Shown here: in pieces, positions 38,974 through 47,550 of the stretch
How the letters are laid out: each line of letters starts with the position of its first letter
Position numbering within the stretch: the first letter of the stretch is position 1
Source: Armatimonadota bacterium
GTDB lineage: Bacteria; Armatimonadota; Zipacnadia; Zipacnadales; UBA5352
Length of the DNA: 51,593 nucleotides
NCBI GenBank assembly: GCA_034722055.1
Contig: JAYENL010000004.1
Location: 1 to 51,593, forward strand
Reading direction: 5' to 3'
The notes under the pieces: generated by a model
Told to the model about the DNA's origin: nothing
Databases searched by the model: none
What the model saw: the letters and a program-made list of their open reading frames with translations, nothing else
Position numbers and translations under genes: made by a program

Positions 38974-39413
38974 CCTGTCCTGCCTCCCCCCCCCGCTCCT
39001 GGTGCCTATCGCCGGCGGATGGCTGTCATGGGAGAGCCTTGGATAACTTGACCGTTGGACCGGCCATGTTGGGACTTGCAGTTCCACTCACTTGCAGCTA
39101 TCAGCGACTCGAGCTGCCTGCCGGTTCGCTTCGGGAGCGTCAACTCCTCCCGCCGCCATCGGCTCCTGGTGCCTGCGAGCTCGGCACGCAGACCCCCTCC
39201 TGTCGCTGTCCCGAGCTGATGGCACCCCAGCGAGGTTCCGGGCTCCACCGGCAAATCCTTTGTCGCATCGACTTCTTGTGGGAATTTCTGCCGAGTTGCA
39301 CAGCTGGCGCAGGGCGTCCCGGTAGCTCGGCTCGCGACGAGCCGGGGAGCGGCGATTGACGCCCTTATGCCGGACAGGAATGCTCTCCCCCGATGGCGAA
39401 CATGCCGATCTGA

Positions 39414-39536
39414 ATGCCCGAACTGGCAGAGGCGACCCCCGCCATGGTGTATCTGACCATGGAGGAGGTTTATCGGCTGCTGCAGGCAATAGACTGGCAG
39501 GGCTCCAGGTCCGCCATCTGTGTCGAGACCATCTGA
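39414..39536 (+). pseudogene. Possible tyrosine-recombinase fragment
   Basis: 40-aa ORF containing YLTMEEVYRLLQAID, resembling the start of XerC/D-type catalytic domains. Confidence 0.35.
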
Positions 39537-39639
39537 CGCTGCAGGAGGCTGTGAGGGCGCATCTGACCACCTTGCTGCTGCGTGCCGCGAAATGGTGCGG
39601 CCGGCTCATCCCGGAATCTGCCCGCCGGAGGACCGCTGC

Positions 39640-41550
39640 ATGAATGAAGACAGCCTTGACCATGATCCATGGACCGATCTGACGTGGGAGGATCTGGAGC
39701 AGTGGCTGGGCTCGAAGATCCTTGGCCGCGGTCAGTCCTACCACCGCAATGGACGCGTGGTGGAGTTGGCCCGCCCCGATGAGCACACGCTGCTGGCCCG
39801 CGTCAGCGGCACCGAGCTGTATGTCACGCGCGTGCAGCTTGAGCCCGGTGAGCTGACGCCGGGGCTCTCGTATCAGTGCTCGTGCCCCTACTGGGCGGCG
39901 TGCAAGCACGCCGCCGCGGTGGTGCTGGAGTACCTCGACAGGATCAGCTCAGGGGAGCAGATACCGGAGGAGCTGTCATCAGCGGCGGACGCGGTCTTGG
40001 ATGCGGACACGTGGGATGATGCTGAGATCGCGGAGGCTGACGAATCTCGCGCTGAGCGGGAGCGGATGCGCTCTCAGTACCTGGACGGGCTGTCCAGGGC
40101 GGAGCTGATCGATCTGATCGAGGAGCTTGTGGCCACCAGCGCTGACACCCGCGAGCTGCTGACGACACGGGCGATGCTCAGCCGGGGCGAGACCGATCGG
40201 ATTGTGGCGGCGGCGCGGGTGGAGCTGCTCCGCGTCTCCGAGGAGCCGGGGTGGCACAACTGGCGCACCGGCGAGCGGCACATCCCTACCTACGGGCGGC
40301 TGAGGGAGCTGCTGGAGAGCCTTCTGAACGCGGGCGAGGCTGACATGGTCCTGGAGCTGGGCGAAGAGATACTGGAGCGCGGCACCGAGCAGGTGGAGCT
40401 GAGCCACGACGAGGGTGAGACGGCAACTGAAGTCGCGGACTGCCTCGTGCCGGTGTGGAAGGCCATCGACGAGTCCTCACTGGATCCGGCGGAGCGGATA
40501 CTGTGGCTCATCGAGCGCCTGCTGGAGGACGAGTACGACCTGTGCTGGTCCGCTGACGAGTTCACCACCGCATGGGACGCCGACGCCGACACCTGGAGTC
40601 GCGTCGCCGACAACCTGGTGCAGAGGCTCGAGGAGTGCCAGGTCGAGGATGGTGACGAGTGGATGCGCGACTATCGTCGCGACCGGCTCAGCGATTGGGT
40701 GCTGACCGCCCTCGATGGCGCCGGGCGGGACGCCGATGCTCTGACGCTGGCTCTGCGCGAGGCCCGTCGAACCGGCAGCTATGTGCGGGCGGTCGAGCGG
40801 CTGCGCCGCGCCGATCGAATCCAGGAGGCCCGGGCGCTGGCGGAGGAGGGCATTCGGGAAACGCCCCGCACACGTGCAGGTATCGCCAGCAGGCTCAAAG
40901 AGCAGCTTCGCGAGATAGCGCTGCAGGGCGGCGACGAGCGCCTCGCTGCGGCGTTCGCGGCCCAGAGCTTCCTGCGCCGGCCGTCGCTGTCGGGCTACGG
41001 CGAGCTGCGGGCGGCGGCCGAGGCGATCGGCGCCTGGGAGCCTGTCCGCCGCCGCGTGTTGGACTGGCTTGAGACCGGCGCACCTGCCGCGTCGCACCCT
41101 GAGTGGCCGCTTCCGGAGACGGGTCTGCCCGCCTCCGAGGACAGCGAGGAGATAGACGCGCCCGCCTGTGAGCTTCTGGTGCAGATTGCCCTCGAGGAGG
41201 GAGACCACCGGCGGGCCGTGGCCTGGTACCATCGTCTCCAGCAGAGGCATCCGCATGGCCCGCTGCCCTGGATCGCGGAACGAGTGGCTGCCGAGGCTGG
41301 ATCAGCCTTCCCCGATGAGGCCGTGGCCATCTGGGATGAGCTGGCGCGTGCCGAGATCAGAAAGGTGAACCGGGGAGCCTACGAGCGATCGCTCAGCTAC
41401 CTGCGACCGATGCAGAAGCTCCTGCGCGAGTTGGGTCGGGAGGACGAGTGGGAGGCGTACCTCAGCGACCTCCGCGAGGAGCACTCGCGCAAGCGGGCAC
41501 TGCAGGAGACGCTCGATCGCCTCCAGCAGGGCCCCATCGTCGGCGACTGA
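39640..41550 (+). CDS. SWIM zinc-finger domain protein with a long helical C-terminus
   Basis: RG..Y...G.V, V.G...Y, CSCPYWAACKH; GGAGGA RBS. Confidence 0.88.
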   Translation: MNEDSLDHDPWTDLTWEDLEQWLGSKILGRGQSYHRNGRVVELARPDEHTLLARVSGTELYVTRVQLEPGELTPGLSYQCSCPYWAACKHAAAVVLEYLDRISSGEQIPEELSSAADAVLDADTWDDAEIAEADESRAERERMRSQYLDGLSRAELIDLIEELVATSADTRELLTTRAMLSRGETDRIVAAARVELLRVSEEPGWHNWRTGERHIPTYGRLRELLESLLNAGEADMVLELGEEILERGTEQVELSHDEGETATEVADCLVPVWKAIDESSLDPAERILWLIERLLEDEYDLCWSADEFTTAWDADADTWSRVADNLVQRLEECQVEDGDEWMRDYRRDRLSDWVLTALDGAGRDADALTLALREARRTGSYVRAVERLRRADRIQEARALAEEGIRETPRTRAGIASRLKEQLREIALQGGDERLAAAFAAQSFLRRPSLSGYGELRAAAEAIGAWEPVRRRVLDWLETGAPAASHPEWPLPETGLPASEDSEEIDAPACELLVQIALEEGDHRRAVAWYHRLQQRHPHGPLPWIAERVAAEAGSAFPDEAVAIWDELARAEIRKVNRGAYERSLSYLRPMQKLLRELGREDEWEAYLSDLREEHSRKRALQETLDRLQQGPIVGD

Positions 41551-41840
41551 TACTGGCAGCGGCGCTGCCCGGCAGCAGTACCGGCGGCAGGACCCCGGGG
41601 CACCGCCGGCGGCACGTCCCGGACACCGCAGGATCGGCCGCCCTCCGGGTCGTAGCGCAGCATCCCCATCAGTCTGCAGTGGGACGCCCAGGGGCCGGAC
41701 GGAGGCAGCCTGAACCTCATTCCACGCGTAAAGATCTCCCCTGGCCGAGCCGCTGGAGGTCCAGGTGCTGCCAGGCGCGAAGCCGGAAGTATCAGAGAGC
41801 GCCACACCGTTCTCCGTCACCACTCGTGGAGGGCATTGCC

Positions 41841-43037
41841 ATGCACGCCGTCGTCTCCGCCGCGCTGACGTTTGCCTTTCTCGCCGCCACGGACACTGCT
41901 GATCAGGCTGAGGTGCCCGATGCGCAGGCCGGCAGCCTGTACCCTTTCATGCAGGCGATCGCCGAGAAGGCCGACCACGATCTGTCCTTCCTGAGCGGTC
42001 GCTTCAACGACCTGGAGGAGTGGAAGACGCAGGCCCGGAGCAGGGTCTTCGAGCTGCTTCAGTACGATCCGCCCAAGGTGGATTTCAACGCCGAGGTCGT
42101 GGAGCGGGTTGACTGCGGCCAGTACACACGGGAGAAGGTCCACTTCAACACAACGCCCGAGATCCGCGTGCCCGCCTACGTGCTGATCCCCCAGGGCGAG
42201 GGACCGTTCCCGGCCGTGGTGGCGCTGCACGACCACGGGGCCTTCTTTGTGTGGGGGAAGGAGAAAGTCGTGGACCTTCCGGAAGAGCACCCGTCACTGG
42301 CGGAATTCAAGAGCACCTACTACAGCGGCCGCAGTTGGGCCACTGAGCTGGCCAAACGCGGCTACGTCGTGATCGCCATCGACATGTTCTACTGGGGTGA
42401 GCGCAGGCTTCTGCTTCGGGACGATCCCCCCTCCTACTTCGATCGCATGAGCATGACCGCGGACGAGGTTCTGGCGTTCAACCGCCGCTCATCGGAGAAG
42501 ACCTGGATGACCGGAGTGGGGCTGTGGAAGGCGGGCATCTCATGGGCCGGTGTCATGCTCATGGACGACATTCGGACTGTGGACTACCTCGCGTCCCGGC
42601 CGGAGGTGGACCCCGAGCGGATCGGGTGCTGTGGGCTTTCGGTCGGTGGCTTCCGCTCAGCGCACCTCGTGGGGCTCGACCCGCGCATCAGGGCCGGCGT
42701 GGTGGTCGGATGGATGTGCACCTACGGCGACATGCTGAAGAACCATCTCACCAGCATCGGACCGATGAAGATCTACCCGGGCCTGTACGGGCACATGGAC
42801 CTGCCTGACATTGCGTCGATGAACTGTCCTGGTGGGCTGATGATCATCCAGGGCACCGAGGACCTGCTCTTTCCCCTCGACGGCGTCCATGCGGCCTACG
42901 ACCGCATCAGCGCGGTCTACGAAAAGGCGGGCTACCCCGACAGGTTCCGGGGCGTCACCTACGAGGGCCCCCATGAGTTCAACGCCGAGATGCAGCAGAA
43001 GGCCTTCGACTGGCTGGACCGGTGGCTGAAGCAGTAA
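41841..43037 (+). CDS. Secreted alpha/beta hydrolase (dienelactone hydrolase / acetylxylan esterase-like)
   Basis: Signal peptide; PAVVALHDHG; GLSVGG nucleophile elbow; D..FP; GPH. Confidence 0.88.
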   Translation: MHAVVSAALTFAFLAATDTADQAEVPDAQAGSLYPFMQAIAEKADHDLSFLSGRFNDLEEWKTQARSRVFELLQYDPPKVDFNAEVVERVDCGQYTREKVHFNTTPEIRVPAYVLIPQGEGPFPAVVALHDHGAFFVWGKEKVVDLPEEHPSLAEFKSTYYSGRSWATELAKRGYVVIAIDMFYWGERRLLLRDDPPSYFDRMSMTADEVLAFNRRSSEKTWMTGVGLWKAGISWAGVMLMDDIRTVDYLASRPEVDPERIGCCGLSVGGFRSAHLVGLDPRIRAGVVVGWMCTYGDMLKNHLTSIGPMKIYPGLYGHMDLPDIASMNCPGGLMIIQGTEDLLFPLDGVHAAYDRISAVYEKAGYPDRFRGVTYEGPHEFNAEMQQKAFDWLDRWLKQ

Positions 43038-43242
43038 GCCTCCACTCGTCCCCGGAGGGACACGGTCGCACCAGCACCCCCGGCGGGTCCGGCATCGGCG
43101 TCTGCACCCCGCCATGTCTTCCGCCAACCGCCCCAGAGACAACCTCCCACTGTTGCCAACCACCGTTCACCAGAACGTTTATGAATGATGTGGCTTAGCG
43201 CTTCCTGGAAGTGCCGGCTTCGCGCGCAGCCATCCCGGCGGC

Positions 43243-44547
43243 TCAGGTCTGGCGATCCTCCAGCGTGAAGCATCCCGACAGCAGATCTCGCATCTGCTCC
43301 ACGACCTCTGGATGCTCTTCCACTACGTTTGTGGTCTCGCCGGGATCCGCGTTGAGATCGTACAACGCCGGCCCGTGGCCCGGATCGGAAGCGCGCAGCC
43401 CCTGGAAGTAGTGCCAGTCCTCCGTCCTGGCTGCCACGAAGTCCCGGAAGCGCGTCAGCACCCAGTCGTGCAGCGCCTGGACCTCGTCCTCGACCAGCCG
43501 CCACAGATCCTCGCCGTCCATCGGAGGATGATCCTCTGTCCCGGTGAGGCGCATGAGCATCGGCGCGATGTCCATGCCGCTGGTGAGCGCGTCGATGCGC
43601 GTGCCCGCATGGCTCTCGTCGGGATGGCGCACGATCAGCGGAATCTGCGCCACGATCGACTTGAGCAGGCTCGGGGTCTTCTGCAGGCAGCCCTGCTCGC
43701 CCAGGTGCGTGCCGTGGTCGCTGGTGAACACAATGGCCGTGTCGTCCCGCAGGCCCATCTCGTCCACGTGGTCCAGCAGTCGGCCCACCCACTCATCCAC
43801 GAATTCGATCTCGGCCTCGTACAGGGCTCGGATCGCCGGCATGTCCTCCTCGCGCACCAGTGAGGTGTCCACGCCGTAGCCGAAGTGGAACTGTTCGGCG
43901 GGGTAGTCATCGAAGTACTTCTCGCGCAACCGCGGCGGCGGATCCCACGGCTCGTGCGGGTCGAACAGCTCCAGCCACAGCATGAACGGGGCGTTATCCG
44001 CGTTCCGCTCCAGCCACTGCATCGCGGCCCGGCACGAGCGCGCCACGATGTAGTCCGCCTCGCCCTCCCGGTCCTGCATGTTCAGCAGATACTGCGTCAG
44101 GCGCTGTTCCCACCGCTCGGTGCGGAGGTGCTCGGGGATGTGCCGGCTCACGTCCACCACGTCCCGGGGGCCGCTGTGCCACCTGTCGCTCTCCTGGCCG
44201 CGAATCCACTGCCACGAATCGAACCCCTCGTGGAAGTTCAGTCCCGGCTTGAACATGTGGTAGCAGTCAGCGATCAGGCCCGTCGTGTATCCGCTCTCGC
44301 CCAGAATCTGCGCCACAGTGACGTCATCGGGCAGCAGCGGCCGCCACTGGCCCTCCGGCAGGATTGTGTTCCCGGTGTGGAAGACTCGACGCATCGGGAT
44401 CGTGGGCAGGCCGTCAGCATAGGTGTTGGTGAAGACCACCCCGTCCTCGGCCAGCCGGTCGATCTTCGGGGTCGTGACGTCCCTGTTGCCATAGCATCCC
44501 AGGTGGTCGGCGCGGAGCGTGTCCGTGACGAGCACGATGAGGTTCAT
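43243..44547 (-). CDS. Sulfatase-like alkaline-phosphatase-superfamily hydrolase (Thr at the nucleophile position)
   Basis: DTLRADH, LPTIPMR...TG, DPHEPW, TSDHG, LYDL..DP.E. Confidence 0.9.
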   Translation of the reverse strand: MNLIVLVTDTLRADHLGCYGNRDVTTPKIDRLAEDGVVFTNTYADGLPTIPMRRVFHTGNTILPEGQWRPLLPDDVTVAQILGESGYTTGLIADCYHMFKPGLNFHEGFDSWQWIRGQESDRWHSGPRDVVDVSRHIPEHLRTERWEQRLTQYLLNMQDREGEADYIVARSCRAAMQWLERNADNAPFMLWLELFDPHEPWDPPPRLREKYFDDYPAEQFHFGYGVDTSLVREEDMPAIRALYEAEIEFVDEWVGRLLDHVDEMGLRDDTAIVFTSDHGTHLGEQGCLQKTPSLLKSIVAQIPLIVRHPDESHAGTRIDALTSGMDIAPMLMRLTGTEDHPPMDGEDLWRLVEDEVQALHDWVLTRFRDFVAARTEDWHYFQGLRASDPGHGPALYDLNADPGETTNVVEEHPEVVEQMRDLLSGCFTLEDRQT

Positions 44548-44932
44548 GAAATACCTCCCTGCGCCTGTCTGACGCTCTCAACGACCTCCGCGGCCGATTC
44601 CGCCCCGCCCCATCGGCACGCGGTCACTCATACTCTGCGGGCTACATCCTCTCTCTGGTCTTCGTGCTGTCGGCAGGAATCCCTTTCGTGAACAGTGCGT
44701 CACGTCTGCCGGCGCCTCGTCGCGCCCGCATTGGCCTTCGGCCGCAAGCCCCGTAGCGACTGCGCCGGCGCGGGAGGCGCGTATCGTGGGACCGACGAAG
44801 GGAGGCACGACGTCAGGACCGCCTGCGAGGGCCCCCACCAGAGCCCATGGCGGAACTGCAGCCCCATCAGCCTGTCCGTCGCCGGCTCACCAAGCATCTC
44901 ACGCTGGCCCCCAATTCAGGTGACGTTCTTCG

Positions 44933-45137
44933 CCCGCATTATTCGCGTAGGTCGGCCTGCGCCTGACGGCGTTTGTCAGGCGCAGGTGAGAGCGCGCTGC
45001 AGCGCGCTCTCAGCTTCCAGCCCGACACCATCGCCAGTGCCCCGAGCAGACGCCCCCGGAGAGTGGCCGTCACTGACCTCAAGCGCCTCAACAGCCACTC
45101 TGTCGATGCCCACGACAATGTTCATGAGTAATCCGGG
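44933..45137. mobile_element. Degenerate MITE-like element with IS1380-like ends, containing a GTAG-REP with inserted hairpins
   Basis: CCCGCATTATTC (44933) vs reverse complement of the right end CCCGGATTACTC, 10/12; flanks TTCG/TTAG. Confidence 0.5.
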
Positions 45138-46940
45138 TTAGAAAGCCCATCCAAGCAACGCGCCCGCCAGGACACCTCCCAGACAGGCCCAGACGTAGAC
45201 GCCCAACGCCATTGCCCTCGCGAGGATCGTCGGGCCGCCATTCTTCGACACAGGCCAGGCATCCGGAGGCCAGGTGGCGGCGGAGATCAGCAGCGTGAGG
45301 AGTATGTAGCCCAGCGCCGGGAACAGCGCCCACGGCCACGCGCTCGGCCACGCCTCGTCGCCTCCACGCAGCGCAAGCGCGATCACGCCGACGAACGCCC
45401 CGAACGCCAGCACCACGACCGCCGGCCACACAGCGCGACCCGGCACGAACAGCACCTTCCTGGCGCGGTGGACCATGGGCAGCAGGGCGAAGTACACGGC
45501 CGCCACGGCGCCCGAGACTCCCAGCACGGTCCAGATCGCGGTGGTGTGTTGCACCAGGCCCGGCCGCGGCTCGGCATTGAGAATGGACAACGTCAGCACC
45601 GGAACGAGCAAGCCGACCGGACAGGCGGCCGAGATCACCACAAGCCAGGTCACCAGGGCTCCCAGGCGCTGCCACCACAGATGCGTGAGGTCTCTGGGCG
45701 CCAGCAGTCCGGCGTGTGCGCGGGCGCCACCTGTATCAGCGAGGATAAGCACGTTGCCATGTCTCCGCGGCGCCACGAGCTCCGGCCACGCCATCCCCGG
45801 GGCAATGATCGCCGACAGGAAGACAAACAGCGCGAAGGGGATCATAATGCCGGCTGAAACGTCCGAGGGCGGCGCTGTTCCTCCGCTGAGATCCTGGCCA
45901 CAGACCATCACATAGACACGACCGGCCAGTTGCAGCAGCACGCTTGCTCCAGCAGCGATCGCGGCCACTGTCAGCGCCGACCTCGCCAGCCCAGGCAGCC
46001 ATCGGCGGTATCTGCCGATGCCCGCGAGGCCGGGCAGCCCCAGCGAGGACACCGGCAGCAGTATCCCGGCCTGAGCTTCCGGTTCATCTTCCAGGGCCTC
46101 ACCGCTCTCATCCCCCCGCGGCGCAGCGCAGCAGAGGCTCATCTCGAAACGCCGCACCGCGGGCAATCCCTCCACAAGGGCCATGAGAACCAGCACGCCG
46201 CAGCCGATCAGGAGCGCATGCAGCAACGGCCACTGCGGCGGCGGCCAGTGGTGCGTCTCAGGCTCCGGGAGGTTGACCAGTGCGACGAGGAATGCGAGGC
46301 CACCGATCGCTGTGTAGAAGATCGCGCGGTAGTTGCTCAGGGTCTGATCCCACCACCGCGCGGTCTCCATGACGCGCACCGACAGGACCTGGAACGTGAC
46401 GTGTGTGGCGAACGCGCCGATGACCCAGGGATCGAGCAGCGGCGGCGGCGTCTGGACGAGGCCACCGGAGACCATGGCCTCTCGGGCCAGCCAGAGCACC
46501 ACCATACCCCCCACGACGTGCAGCAAGAAGCCGGCGAGTCTGCCCGCGGATCGAGCGCAATGCACCTCTACAGTCGTCATCGGCAGGAGGTTGGTGGCGC
46601 AGCGACCGTTGCGGGCCTGCTCAACCGATCGAGACCGCTTCCATGGGGTGAGGGCGGTGAGCGGCGCGGCAAATGCGGGGATCAGACCACCAAGTGCCCA
46701 CAGGATCAGAGCCATCACTGTCCATGGGTTGAACGAGAGCTCCTTCCACCGCACGAGGGGCAGCCGGAACGCACCGAGGATGATGCCCACGAGAAGGACG
46801 AGCAGAGCGCCAACAAGGTCCTCGAGTCGCTGTGCTGTGCCGCTGCGTCGCGCCCCGGGCGGGCCGCTCATGAAGTCGGCGAGGCATCCGGTTGCACGGC
46901 GCAATACCGCCAGAGACAATCTGCCCCCGTGTGGGTTCAC
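45138..46940 (-). CDS. Polytopic membrane protein, probable ABC-2-type permease (two-repeat)
   Basis: ~12 hydrophobic segments in two halves; lies downstream of the GntR/ABC-ATPase remnants; GTG start. Confidence 0.6.
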   Translation of the reverse strand: MNPHGGRLSLAVLRRATGCLADFMSGPPGARRSGTAQRLEDLVGALLVLLVGIILGAFRLPLVRWKELSFNPWTVMALILWALGGLIPAFAAPLTALTPWKRSRSVEQARNGRCATNLLPMTTVEVHCARSAGRLAGFLLHVVGGMVVLWLAREAMVSGGLVQTPPPLLDPWVIGAFATHVTFQVLSVRVMETARWWDQTLSNYRAIFYTAIGGLAFLVALVNLPEPETHHWPPPQWPLLHALLIGCGVLVLMALVEGLPAVRRFEMSLCCAAPRGDESGEALEDEPEAQAGILLPVSSLGLPGLAGIGRYRRWLPGLARSALTVAAIAAGASVLLQLAGRVYVMVCGQDLSGGTAPPSDVSAGIMIPFALFVFLSAIIAPGMAWPELVAPRRHGNVLILADTGGARAHAGLLAPRDLTHLWWQRLGALVTWLVVISAACPVGLLVPVLTLSILNAEPRPGLVQHTTAIWTVLGVSGAVAAVYFALLPMVHRARKVLFVPGRAVWPAVVVLAFGAFVGVIALALRGGDEAWPSAWPWALFPALGYILLTLLISAATWPPDAWPVSKNGGPTILARAMALGVYVWACLGGVLAGALLGWAF

Positions 46941-47143
46941 AGCGCCGTCACCGCCCTGACCCCTCCCCCGCGCTCTGCTCCTGGCTCTCGGTGAGGGCCA
47001 CGAAGAAGTCCTCCAGCCGCACGCGCGGCCTCCGGAAGCGGGGAGCCTGGCGCGAGCGCGCCGGTCAGCGCGCGGAGGGTCACGGCATCGGCGATCTGTC
47101 GCGCGGGCGGCACCTCGCTGCGGAAGTCGATCTCGATGATCAT
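46937..47143 (-). pseudogene. GntR (YtrA-like) N-terminal fragment fused by deletion to an ABC ATPase C-terminal remnant
   Basis: MIIEIDFRSEVPPARQIADAV....TGALAPGSPLP breaks off before the HTH; another frame reads RLEDFFVALTE to a stop at 46948. Confidence 0.75.
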
Positions 47144-47179
47144 CCCAGCTTCCCCTCCGGGCCAGCCGTGCCTCGTCAT

Positions 47180-47199
47180 GCACTGAGTGTCCTCAGCGC
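47180..47199. promoter_or_regulatory. Candidate GntR/YtrA-type operator palindrome
   Basis: GCACTGAG-tgtc-CTCAGCGC, 7/8 inverted match, just upstream of the GntR start. Confidence 0.4.
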
Positions 47200-47550
47200 C
47201 GGCGATTCGTCTAACCGCAGCGCTATGGTCCGCCTCGTCGGGCCCGAACGGGCGCTGGTCATCTGGTCGGCGGCGTGGGTGTAGTTGACGGATTCGCGAA
47301 GCCCCGCTTCTGGGGGAGAAGCGATGGGGCCTAAGCCTCCCGATGGGGCCAACAGTAACGCCAAGCGCACCTTGCTGTCCGAAGGGCGAGTTCTGCTTGC
47401 GCTGAACGTAGCGGGGGGGGGCCAACCGGCACGATACGAAGCTGGCGGAGGCCACGCTGGAGGCGGAGACGCACCAGGGGTTGATCCAGGGCTGCCGCTA
47501 CGGGCCAGAGGGTGGGCGGAGCCCCACGGCAGCCCCGTCGTGGCCCTACA

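Noticed and set aside
39275..39295. Rex operator upstream of the hydrogenase cluster
   Set aside because: Only a TTGTG half-site; the second half does not fit TTCACAA
41551..41840. Gene fragment or N-terminal extension of the hydrolase
   Set aside because: No recognisable motif; the hydrolase has a good RBS and signal peptide at 41841
47285..47420. Riboswitch-like leader (repeated CGATGGGGCC, CTAAG)
   Set aside because: No convincing match to an aptamer consensus I know and no downstream plus-strand gene
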